DNA from: Ascoidea asiatica JCM 7603 | Taxonomy: Eukaryota > Fungi > Ascomycota | Assembly (NCBI GenBank): GCA_001600695.1 | Contig: BCKQ01000001.1 | Location: 1,042,426-1,106,425, forward strand | Length of the DNA stretch: 64,000 nt | Reading direction: 5' to 3' | Shown: one piece after another, positions 47,836 to 58,249 of the stretch | How the letters are laid out: every line of letters begins with the position of its first letter | Position numbering within the stretch: position 1 is the stretch's first letter | Made by a program: the position numbers and the translations under genes | The notes under the pieces: generated by a model | Told to the model about the DNA's origin: nothing | The model's database searches: none | What the model saw: only the letters and a program-made list of their open reading frames with translations

Positions 47836-49322
47836 TTAACAAAGTTCTTTTTCGAGATCTTTCAAGGTTTTTGAGAATCTTTGAGCAGCTTGATCCATTT
47901 GTTCGAAAGAAGCAGAAGCAAAAGTAGCTCTAAACCCAGCGGCTTTTAATTTTTCTGAAGGTGGAACAATAAACCATCCACCTTTGGCCAATAAAACTTT
48001 ATTAGAAATTGAATTTTCATAAACTAATTCTTCTAATGTACTAGCCCATTCTTCATCAGATAAACTACTGTCAGGTTTCTTAAATTTTTCAATATTAAGG
48101 GTGATCCAAAGGAACATTCCACTTTCTGGGCAATTCCATGAACATAAATCAGTTGGTAAATATTTATCAAAAGATTTCATTAATGAGTCTCTTCTTTTAG
48201 TATAAGATAATCTTATATGTTCTAACCATTTAAAATAACCAAGTTCACCCCACTGAGATAAGGTTGAAAATAATAATAATTGAGAAATACCGGAAGCAGA
48301 TTGAATATTAACTTCATTTAATCTTATTAATTTTTCAGAAAATACAGCATTTGAAGTTATCCAACCAGTTCTTGAACCAGGCAACATAATTTTTGAGAAT
48401 GAATCTAATCTTATAACTCTACCATCAGTATCAATACTTAATATACTCGGAGTTAAGTTATCTAAAAAGTTTTGAATTGAGAATTCTTTCAAAGGTTCAC
48501 CCAATTGAAGAAAATAATAAGGGTCATCTTCAATTATTATAATATCATGAGCTTGACAAATTTTGTAAAATTCTTTTCTTCTTTCTAATGTCATTGTTGA
48601 ACCAGTTGGATTTTGACCAGTTGGCATCATATAAATAGCTTTGGGTTTTTTTAAATCTTTATATAAGGTTGACCAATTATTTAATTGGTCATCCAAATCT
48701 TTATTTATAATTCCACCTAGATCTAAAGAAACTGCAACAACTTTCAAACCTAAAGGTCTTAAAGTTTCCATTGCAGTTGGATAGGTTTGCTCTTCTAATA
48801 AAATAGTATCTCCAGGATCAGTGATAGTTCTAAGAACTGCATCTAAAGATTGAGTTGAACCTGCAGAAATTACAGAATTCCAACCTTTATAAGGAGGATT
48901 ATGAATTAATTTTGTATTATCAAAAGTCCATTTACTTAAATAAGATGAACCGAGTGCTGGACCATATTGTAAAGCTTCGTACAAAGAAGAATTTGGATCT
49001 TCACCTAAAGTTGCAGTTTTGAACTCAGTGAAATCAGATTCAACAGTTGGATATTTATATTTAATTTCAGCACATGGAAAGACAGAAGGATGTGGTAAAC
49101 CACCACCTAAAGATACAATTCCTGGAGTCTTAAGACGAGGATGCATCATTTTAAGTGCGGATGGCTAAAATTTGCAATTTAAATAGTAAAATTTTATTAG
49201 TTTCATTGAACTTATAGTAAACTAAAAGATGATATTGTGAAAATTTAAAAATTTTAGAATAAAATACATACTTTACGACCCTTTGCCTGTTTTGATAAAT
49301 ATTGTGTCCAGTCGATTTCCAT
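47836..49322 (-). CDS. PLP-dependent aromatic/2-aminoadipate aminotransferase (Aro8/Aro9-like); 2 exons (49322-49272, 49164-47836), 459 aa
   Basis: Exon 1 MEIDWTQYLSKQAKGRK joins PSALK across a GTATGT...AACTAAT...TAG intron. Motifs: SLGGGLP, ALQYG, MPTGQNPTG, IIEDDPYYFLQ, RLDSFSK (PLP Lys)..PGSRTGW. Confidence 0.9.
49165..49271 (-). other. Spliceosomal intron (107 nt) of the aminotransferase gene
   Basis: GTATGT donor at 49271, AACTAAT branch-like element, TTTTAG acceptor; phase-0 in-frame join. Confidence 0.85.
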
Positions 49323-49530
49323 TTTGAAGTATATTTAAGTGGAATATTCTTTAGTAATTTCACTAGTAAATTAACGAGAGATGATTTTTCAGATGTTGAA
49401 AAGTTTTAAAAATTACAAAAAATTAAAATAAAGTAAAATAGACAAAAATATATACGAATGAGTGAAAATATATTTAATATATAAAGCATGAATTATTTCA
49501 ATTGATCATTTTTTGATTTGAAATACTTTA

Positions 49531-49537
49531 TGAGTCA
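49531..49537. promoter_or_regulatory. Gcn4-type site TGAGTCA upstream of the aminotransferase
   Basis: Exact heptamer about 210 bp upstream of the ATG at 49322. Confidence 0.4.
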
Positions 49538-50017
49538 GTCAGTACTTTAAGATCCAGTTCGAAACTTTAGAAGTGAAACAAATGATTGGTGCAATACAAG
49601 CTAATGATAAACAATAATAATAATATCGGATGCTTTAGCCTGAGCCAGAGAGATCTGAAAAGTTTCTCAAGTGCTTTATCGTTCGGAAGTCAGAGTCGAC
49701 CACAGAAACAGACCGTTGCCAGGCCCTGCAACCCTGGACCGGCGGGTTGGCTGATTGGTTGCTTTTCTGCCGTCAACAGTTAAAAGCTTATCCGCCCACA
49801 GCAGTAAGCAGCAGTAGACTTATATAATCGATTGCGGGGTTAATATGCTTCGTTTAGGTGATCGACCCAAGTTCCTCTTCTGGAAATATATCCGCATAAA
49901 CTACAATCAATAGCTACAAAACTGCTTTTATTAATACTGTACTTTATTTTTTATATTCTTATTTTTTCTTTATAGCTTGTATTTAATATGATAAATTTGA
50001 ATAGACGTCTTTATGGA

Positions 50018-51028
50018 TTAATAAGTAGCATTTAATCTCATGTCAAGGTAGTCTTTAGCGTTAATAGGTTCATATTTCTTAGGATTTGCTTCTGAAAATG
50101 TTCCTGGAAGACAATCAACTGTAACTTCTTTGTTTGCAGAAACAAAAAAAGGAATTGAATAACGAGTTCTGGAAACTCCAGTTTCTGAATCAATTGGTGG
50201 TGCTGTTACTCTGTGTAAAGTTGATTTCAACATATCATTTGACCACCTCATTAAAAAATCTCCAGTATTAACAACCAATGATCCTGGGATATATGGCGCC
50301 GAAACGAAAGATCCTTGCTTATATGGCTCTTCAACTTGTAATCCTTCACATGAATCTTGTAATAGCATCGTTAAAGTTCCAAAGTCAGTGTGAGCAGCAA
50401 TTCTTTCTGCTTTTCCTTTTTTTAGATCTTTTTCATCTGTTGGAGGATAATGTAATAATCTTAATTGATTATCTGAATCTGAATGATAGGGAATGAAAAA
50501 TTCTTCATCTAAATTTAGCCCTAGAGCAATTGCTCTTAAAAAATGTTTAGATACATTATTAGATATTTTGAAATATTCAGTACAAAATTGCTTAAAACCA
50601 GGAATATCTTTTTCATCAGGCCAAATATTGACATATTTTGTATTATTTTCATTTCCAGAATCAAAACTTTCTTTAACATCGGGAACTTTTCTTAAATCTT
50701 GAATTTGCTCCTTATCAAAAACCATTTGTACAACTTTTTCTTTACCTATACCTGACCAACCTCTATGATGAGCGCCATTTTTAGGATGTGAACATTTTTT
50801 TTTTTGACTTTCATCTAATTCGAAAAATTTTGCACTCCATTGAAACATTAAATCACTTTTATCTTTTGGAATTCCATGATTAATAATATACATGAATCCA
50901 ACTTCTTTCATAACTCTAACCATTTCTTTACCAGTGTTTATTTTTCCTTCTTCTTCACCATCTAAAAATGGTTGAAAATCAATCACTGGAACGTGAAACT
51001 TTTGACTATACCCTTCATTTAGTGCCAT
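50018..51028 (-). CDS. Fe(II)/2-oxoglutarate dioxygenase (DIOX_N + 2OG-FeII_Oxy; isopenicillin N synthase/thymine-7-hydroxylase-like fold)
   Basis: VPVIDF, GFMYIINHGI, LRLLHYPP, HTD...H iron triad (AHTDFG; STLHRV), RYS 2OG-binding motif. Confidence 0.92.
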   Translation of the reverse strand: MALNEGYSQKFHVPVIDFQPFLDGEEEGKINTGKEMVRVMKEVGFMYIINHGIPKDKSDLMFQWSAKFFELDESQKKKCSHPKNGAHHRGWSGIGKEKVVQMVFDKEQIQDLRKVPDVKESFDSGNENNTKYVNIWPDEKDIPGFKQFCTEYFKISNNVSKHFLRAIALGLNLDEEFFIPYHSDSDNQLRLLHYPPTDEKDLKKGKAERIAAHTDFGTLTMLLQDSCEGLQVEEPYKQGSFVSAPYIPGSLVVNTGDFLMRWSNDMLKSTLHRVTAPPIDSETGVSRTRYSIPFFVSANKEVTVDCLPGTFSEANPKKYEPINAKDYLDMRLNATY

Positions 51029-51741
51029 CTTTATTTATGTTATTTATATTGAATTAATAATTTATCTGATTATTTGATTATCGGTTATTATGAAATTGAA
51101 AGAAAGCCAACAAAAAAAACAGTTTTTGTGGTTAGTTATATATAGAAAATTTTTAATGTAATTCTAAAAATATAACTTTATGTAATAGATAAACAATAAA
51201 TAAAACTAGAACAGAGGTGTAAGCAAATTAAAAAGAAAAAATATATATCGAACCATTAAATGTGTTTAACAAAAGTCAAATAGGAAAGGTTCTTCAGAAA
51301 ACGATAATTAACAATCAAATCACCCGAATAATATATCTCCTGAGTTTACTCCACCAGAAACAGAGCCTATTTTCAGGTAAATATATAAAATAGTAATTAA
51401 TCTAATTACTTTTTTATTTTATATTGTTTATTAAATACTGCACTGAAAGAACTAAAAGCTCTACAACCAAATGAGAATGAAAATAATGACACCATTAAAT
51501 TCACTTATTATTAAAATCCTGAGATGAGGACCTCAAAAAAAGTTGATTTGATCTCGTTTTCATTGAAGAGTAATTACCAACCTATTAACATTATTCTTAA
51601 TATTTTCCTTAATAATAATTATTATTATTATTATTATCAGTAACGCTATTTTATTTTATCTCCAGTTATCTTTACTCTCTTTTTAACTCTTCTTTTTTTA
51701 CTTCGACATCGGCTTCAAACCTTATGAAACAGAGGTTTTGC

Positions 51742-51765
51742 TGGTGGGCACAGACGTGGTGGGCG
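51742..51765. promoter_or_regulatory. Direct repeat of the cluster motif TGGTGGGC x2 in the divergent dioxygenase/hydantoinase promoter
   Basis: TGGTGGGCA at 51742 and TGGTGGGCG at 51757. Confidence 0.65.
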
Positions 51766-52353
51766 TGGTGGAGGAGAACAAAACTCCCAAGTCGCTGACA
51801 ATCAACAACACAATTTTGCATAGATGGATATCGATAGATGTGAATATACTAAGTCTAAAGAGATACGAATATCAGTTTATTTTGAATCCACTCACACTTA
51901 CAACTGAATCATGAATCAATCAAGTATCTTATAGAGAAGCTTTAGTCTAAGGTTATACAGGAAGTAAGAAACAAAGCAAAAAGCCAATCCTTCATAATGA
52001 TAACTCTAATTGTTGTTGAGAGAGTAAAGAGGAAAGATCAAAATTGATTATTTGCATCGATGCATAAAAATTAGAATAAATTTACTTTTTTTTGAACTTT
52101 TTGAACTTCGTTTTTAAAGGCAAGTGGAGTGGAAGCTGAAGCAACTTGTAATTTAAAGAAAAAATAAATCTTTTACTTTTAACATACTGTATATATTCAT
52201 ATAAATAATACTTTTTTTAGTCTTTTGAAATAATCTCCTGATTCAAATTTATTTAGGAAACAACACTTCATTTCAATATTATTCCTTTAATATCTAAATC
52301 TTTAGAGAATATTATATATATAAATAAATTAAAAAAAGGAAAATTGAAAAGAA

Positions 52354-55300
52354 ATGGAAAAGACAGAAAAGAAATTATTAATTGGTGTTGATGTAGGAGG
52401 AACGAATACAGATTCTGTTCTTTTAGACCCTTCTGGATTTGATAATGAACAAACAAGAGGAATTCTAGCTTGGCATAAGTCTAATACAACTCCAGATGTT
52501 TCTGATGGTATTCAATCCGCAATTTCAAGTTTATTGGATCAAGTTAAAGATGTTAAAAAATCTCAAATTTCCGCTGTTACAATTGGAACAACTCATTTCA
52601 TAAATTCAGTAATTGAACAAGATAGAGCAAGATTAGAAAAAGTTGCAGTTTTAAGATTATGTGGTCCATATTCAAGAAATATTCCTCCATTTTCTGATTT
52701 TCCAAAGGGTTTAAAAAATATATTAAATGGTTATATTGGTTATATTAATGGTGGCTATCATGTTGATGGTAATGAAATTAAAAAAATAAATGAAAATGAA
52801 ATAATTTTTCATTGTCAAAAAATTAAAGATTTAAATATTAAAACAATTGCCATTAATAGTGTTTTTGCTCCTATGAGTCCTGATCATGAATTAATTGTCC
52901 ATGATATAATTTTAAGAGAAATTCCAGACTCAAAAATAGTTATGTCGCATACAGTTTCTGGTATCGGTTATTTAGAAAGAGAAAATGCAACAATTTTAAA
53001 TGCTTCGATTGTTAGATTTGCTGAGAAAGTTATTTATTCTTTTGAAACTTCAATAATGAAAATTGGCCTAAATTGTCCAGTTATGCTTACTCAAAATGAT
53101 GGAAGTGTAATTTCAACTTCAGAAGCTTTAAAATCACCAATTAAAACATTCTCTTCCGGAGCTACAAATTCAATGAGAGGTGCTTCTTTTTTATGTTCAA
53201 ATGATAAATCAATTTACGGAAACTCTGTTATGGTTGTTGATGTTGGTGGAACTACAACTGATGTTGGACTTTTATTACCCTCAGGTTTTCCTCGTCGATC
53301 TTCTTCATATTCCATTGTTGGTGGGGTAAGAATGAATTTTTCAATGCCTCATGTTGAAAGTATTGGTTTAGGTGGTGGATCTATTGTAAGATTTGATGAT
53401 TCTAAAGCTGGTTCATTAACCGTTGGACCTGATTCGGTGGGCAATGAAGTTATAAAAAAGGCAATTGTGTTTGGCGGTAATAAAATAACTGCTTCTGATT
53501 TAACAATTTCAATTGGTTTAGATGAAGATGCAAATAATGATATTTATCAACTTGGAAATCCATCACTTGTATTAAATAAATTTTCAGATTCTATTAAGAA
53601 TAAATTTAAAACTGATATTAAATTAAAACTTGAAAAAGTAATAGATAGAATGAGGACTTCAGCTGAAGATTTACCTGTTTTACTTGTTGGTGGAGGTTCC
53701 TTCATTGTTCCAAATGAATTAGAAGGAGCTTCAAAGGTTATTAGACCTCCGTTTTTTAATGTTGCAAATGCAATTGGTGCTGCAATTGGAAAAATATCAT
53801 CAAATGTTCATCTTATAAAATTTTTACCTCCTGGAGGAGAAACAAAAGAAGAAGTGGTGGAAAAATTGAAAAAAGAGGCTTTAGATAAAGCAATTTCAAA
53901 AGGAGCTAAAGAAGATACAATAATTTTAGTTGATCTTTCTTATGAACCAATTCCATATGTTGATAATACATATCAATTTTTAGTTAAAATGGTTGGAGAT
54001 GTTGATTATTCAAAAATGAAAGAAATTTTCAAATCAAATTATAAATCTAATAAGAAGAAAATAGATTCAAATTCTTCCAAAATATCAGTTATCAAAGATT
54101 CTAGTTTTAAAGATGAAAAAATTTCAGAAGAAACTAAAGAAATTGACTACTCCATATATAAGCCGATAATTAATAGTGAAAAAGAATGGCTATTAAGTGA
54201 ATTAGATTTAGAATTTATTTCAATAGGTTGTTATATTCTAGGATCGGGTGGAGGAGGAAATCCATATTCTTCATATTTACATATTAGAAATTTGCTAAGA
54301 AATGGAGATATTATAAAAATTATTGATGTTGAAAATATTTATAAATATACGAAAGGTAAAGCTAGTATAATTTCAGTTGGATATGCAGGATCACCTACAG
54401 TTTCTCATGAACAATTAAAAGGTGATGAATTATTAGTTTGCCATGAATATATGTCAAGGTTTCATGGAGGAAGTATGGATTTAGTATTTCCACTAGAAAT
54501 TGGAGGATCCAATGGATTAACAGGATTTGAATTAGGATGTTCATCACAGTTGAATGTACCTATAGTTGATTGTGATTTTATGGGTAGAGCATATCCAACA
54601 CATTGGCAAACATTACCAGTTGTTTATCAAGAAGAAGGAACATGTTTTTATGCACCAACAGTTATGAGTAATGGAAATGGGAATACTATAATATTTGCGG
54701 AATCTAAAAGTGATTTATTATTAGAATTAACTATGAGAGCATCATTGTCAGAATTTGGAGCAACAGCCGGAGTAATGAATCCTCCAATGAAAAGTGAAGA
54801 AATGGATTTGAAAAGTATTCATAGATCAATTTCATTAGCTTGGAGAATTGGTAGAGGAGTTTTAATAGCTAGACAAAAAAGTGAGATTGATAAGATTGGA
54901 GAAAGAATTTTAGAATCAGTTAATAATAATGGAAAATTAATATTTTCAGGTAAAATTATTGGAGTTGAAAGAAAATTAATCAAAGGACATAGTTATGGAG
55001 AAGTTATAATTGAAGAAATTGAAGGTATTAAAGGAAATAAAAAAAAATTGAGAATTCCATTTAAAAATGAAAATATATATTGTGAATTAGAAGATTTTGA
55101 TGGTACAAATAAAGAAATAATTTGTTCAGTTCCAGATTTAATTTCAGTTATTGATGCCGATACTGGAGAAGCAGTTGGAACGCCAGATTATAGATACGGA
55201 TTATTAGTTTTTGTTCTCGGAATTGCACCTAGTAATAAATGGACAGATAGTGAAAAGGCATTAAGTATTGGAGGGCCAAAAGGATTTAAATTTGATGAAA

Positions 55301-55377
55301 TTGAATATAAGCCAATTAGTAAATACAGTAAACCTAAATCGGTTATTGAAGAGTATTATAAAGAAACTGGGTTTTAA
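52354..55377 (+). CDS. Hydantoinase/oxoprolinase-A domain fused to a C-terminal DUF917 domain
   Basis: IGVDVGGTNTD, IGTTHFIN, LERENATILNA, TFSSGATNSMRGA, VVDVGGTTTD, SIGLGGGS, VANAIGAA; then GCYILGSGGGG, GSPTV..E, EIGGSNG, DCDFMGRAYP, FKNEN, VPDLI, YRYGL. Confidence 0.88.
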   Translation: MEKTEKKLLIGVDVGGTNTDSVLLDPSGFDNEQTRGILAWHKSNTTPDVSDGIQSAISSLLDQVKDVKKSQISAVTIGTTHFINSVIEQDRARLEKVAVLRLCGPYSRNIPPFSDFPKGLKNILNGYIGYINGGYHVDGNEIKKINENEIIFHCQKIKDLNIKTIAINSVFAPMSPDHELIVHDIILREIPDSKIVMSHTVSGIGYLERENATILNASIVRFAEKVIYSFETSIMKIGLNCPVMLTQNDGSVISTSEALKSPIKTFSSGATNSMRGASFLCSNDKSIYGNSVMVVDVGGTTTDVGLLLPSGFPRRSSSYSIVGGVRMNFSMPHVESIGLGGGSIVRFDDSKAGSLTVGPDSVGNEVIKKAIVFGGNKITASDLTISIGLDEDANNDIYQLGNPSLVLNKFSDSIKNKFKTDIKLKLEKVIDRMRTSAEDLPVLLVGGGSFIVPNELEGASKVIRPPFFNVANAIGAAIGKISSNVHLIKFLPPGGETKEEVVEKLKKEALDKAISKGAKEDTIILVDLSYEPIPYVDNTYQFLVKMVGDVDYSKMKEIFKSNYKSNKKKIDSNSSKISVIKDSSFKDEKISEETKEIDYSIYKPIINSEKEWLLSELDLEFISIGCYILGSGGGGNPYSSYLHIRNLLRNGDIIKIIDVENIYKYTKGKASIISVGYAGSPTVSHEQLKGDELLVCHEYMSRFHGGSMDLVFPLEIGGSNGLTGFELGCSSQLNVPIVDCDFMGRAYPTHWQTLPVVYQEEGTCFYAPTVMSNGNGNTIIFAESKSDLLLELTMRASLSEFGATAGVMNPPMKSEEMDLKSIHRSISLAWRIGRGVLIARQKSEIDKIGERILESVNNNGKLIFSGKIIGVERKLIKGHSYGEVIIEEIEGIKGNKKKLRIPFKNENIYCELEDFDGTNKEIICSVPDLISVIDADTGEAVGTPDYRYGLLVFVLGIAPSNKWTDSEKALSIGGPKGFKFDEIEYKPISKYSKPKSVIEEYYKETGF

Positions 55378-57296
55378 TAATAATAATAATAATAATGATA
55401 ATAAAAAATTGGATGATTATTTAATAATTATTTTAAATATTATTATCAAATATATTATAAATAAATTACAATTAAATCAAAGACATTGATGTAATTAATA
55501 ATAATTTAGACTTTTTGGGAATAATATTCGGAGACCAATATCTTGGTTCTTTTAAACCTCTCCAGGATTATGTACTTCTATGTATTTTAAATACCGACCC
55601 ACTTTTGAAGGTAAATTTTCAAAAAGTGCAATGCTTTAGCTTGTGGGACGCTCCAAAAAGGGATTACAATATACAGTGTAAGCCATGTAAAGGGATTGTG
55701 AACATGGTACTTTTAATTTGAAGAAAAGGATAAAAGAATAATTTAGGCAATTATTGACTTTGAATTGAAGAATTGAGTCAAGAACAAGTTTTTGAACAAT
55801 AGATTGTGAAAAACAAGTGAACCAAAAGGTAGACATTTAACAATGGATCGATAATGTAGATCAGAAACTGGTTTGAATCAGGTTTTTTTCCCAATGCAAA
55901 TAGGGATTTTGACAATAAACAAAATATAAATTTGATTGACTGAACTTTGACTTTTTTCTCGACAACAATGGTATTTCACAGCTTGGAATTGTAAAATACC
56001 AATTATTGTTGTTTTCAGAAATAATAAACTCTCCAAAAGCCAATTAAAACCAATTGAAAGTGGAGGTATGAAATCTGACTCTAGATAATGAGCATGTAGT
56101 GAGAACTTATTAATTATTAAATGACAGAAGAATAATTACGATACACCCAACTTTTTGTGTATGGAAAAAGAATAACTCAGAGAAATACAATTTAGGACAG
56201 AATAGGAAAATTGATTGGACAAACATAGCAAACAGTAACTCTGGTGAGACTGAAAGAAACACAAAATAAGATTCTCGCAGGACAGAAACTCAGCCAGTAT
56301 ACGAAAGATTCAAAGATAAAAGGTTACCCGGCTGAAAGCATATTTTTTCAGACAGTGAATAAATTCGTATCCTGCACTTTGCCGATATCGTCCCATTTTC
56401 TGGACGCGCTGTGCAGCCAGGCAGTTTTTGTTATTCTTGGGCCGTGGGGCACCTATAATTCGCGGAAATTAAAAATCCGCGGTGGAAATACGCTCTATGA
56501 TTGGCCAGAATAAAGTCTGCTGCAGCACTTTTTGTTTTTCACTTTTCATTTTTCACGTTGACGGCGATGCTCCAACTTGATTTCTTTTTACTTTTTACGT
56601 GTTTTTCTTAATTGATTTTGAATTTGGTTATTGTGGATTGGGATCCCGAAGACTTGGCTCAGGCAAATAGCATAAAGGAGTCGCTTAGGCCCTCCCCATG
56701 TGTTCTCTCCTCCCAGAATCTGTGTCACGGGAAAGGGCTAGCCTGCTGGCTGTAACTTGATCTAGGTCGCACAGTGGCCGATCTACAGCACTTTGTATTG
56801 AAACAAAGGGTTAACTATGGTTAACTATGGATTAATACAACGAGCTGTTCTGGGTGTTACCTGGGATGTTTCCTTTAGCTTTGTGTATCACGCCTGCCCT
56901 AGGAGCATCTCTGCCTGTCCTGGATCTGTGGGTCTTTGCGTGTCTGTTCTGCTTTACCGCAGCGCTATCTGCCTGTGCACCCACACCTATAACCCTTCCA
57001 GACCCACCAAACCCACCAGTCTCCCAAACTCCCACCAAAATCAAGCCCGAATTCTACTCAGGGCTTCTTTCCAAAGTGATTGTGAATAGTTTTGTGAATA
57101 TTTGTGAATAAATTCTGAATTCTGAATTTTGAATCAACTGTTGAATTAGCTGTTAATTAAGTATGAATTGACTGTGATGAATTAAGTGTGAATTTTTAAA
57201 TTGTTTTAAACTTACTAGGAAAATCTTTTTAAATAGAAACATCTTTTTTAAATCTTGAAACCAGGTTTATCTTAAATCAAAAGAAAGCTCATTGAA

Positions 57297-57404
57297 AAAA
57301 TCTTTTGGAAAATCTTTTGGAAAATCTTTTGGAAAACCTGTTGAAAAACCTGTTGAAAAACTTCTTGGAAAACTATTTGAAAAACATTTTAGAAAGCTTT
57401 TTAG
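57297..57404. repeat. Degenerate 12-bp minisatellite x9 (AAAATCTTTTGG consensus)
   Basis: Units in order: aaaatcttttgg x3, aaaacctgttga x2, aaaacttcttgg, aaaactatttga, aaaacattttag, aaagctttttag. Confidence 0.8.
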
Positions 57405-58249
57405 AAATCATTCAGTTTCATTCTGAGGGTTTAGACGAAACTGAATTCTTAAATTTAAAATATCTATCGCATTTTTGATCTCTTTTCAATCTTTTATTTT
57501 TGATTTCTTTTCATTATCTTATTCTTTAGTTCTTTTCGATATTGTGAAGGTGATTTACTGTCTCGCTCTTTAACGTCTTTTTTCAATAATACCTCCTTTC
57601 TCTCTTTCTTTTTTTGCCTAATAATTATAATTATTAGATAATTATATTTCCTAATATTATTTCCAAATATCATTTTCAAATAATATTTCCTAATACCACA
57701 AGCAGTATTTCATAATACTATTTCATAATTTTTTAAAATTCACTACAAATTTCCTCTATTTTTTCTACAGTAATTAAAAAAATAACTAAAAAAAAAAAAG
57801 ATTCAAATAGTTAATAATCAATAGGTGTAAAATCAATCAACCACAAGATTACTTTTATTTTATTCTCATTTATTTCATCATTAATTCACAAAAAGTTGAT
57901 ATATTATTTTCTACCATAATATCAATAATACTATCATAATATTACTATATTTATATTTGTATATTCCTATAACATTATTATTATCAAATCAAAATCATAT
58001 ATTATTTCATATATCATATCGTATCATTTCAAATATATAACAAATAATTAAAATTGCAAATATAAATTAAAATATTAAATTATATGAATTTCAAGTATTC
58101 TCATTAACATATTCAAATTATTTTAATTTAAAATTAACCATAATATATATAATAATTCCATATAATACCCAATCGAAAATAAATATATATTTATTTTGAT
58201 CTTCTTCCACTTCTACTACATATCCTCATCATTGTAACTTTTATCAAAT

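Noticed and set aside
50018-51028. Specific call as thymine 7-hydroxylase or isopenicillin N synthase
   Set aside because: Only fold-level motifs are visible; no NRPS or iso-orotate decarboxylase partner lies nearby, so the substrate is unassignable.
56817-57111. Three overlapping short ORFs in the GC island
   Set aside because: Open in several frames because of GC content; codon usage is unlike the real AT-rich genes.
57297-57404. CRISPR-like or telomeric repeat array
   Set aside because: Eukaryotic context, no spacers, degenerate internal 12-mers; an ordinary minisatellite.
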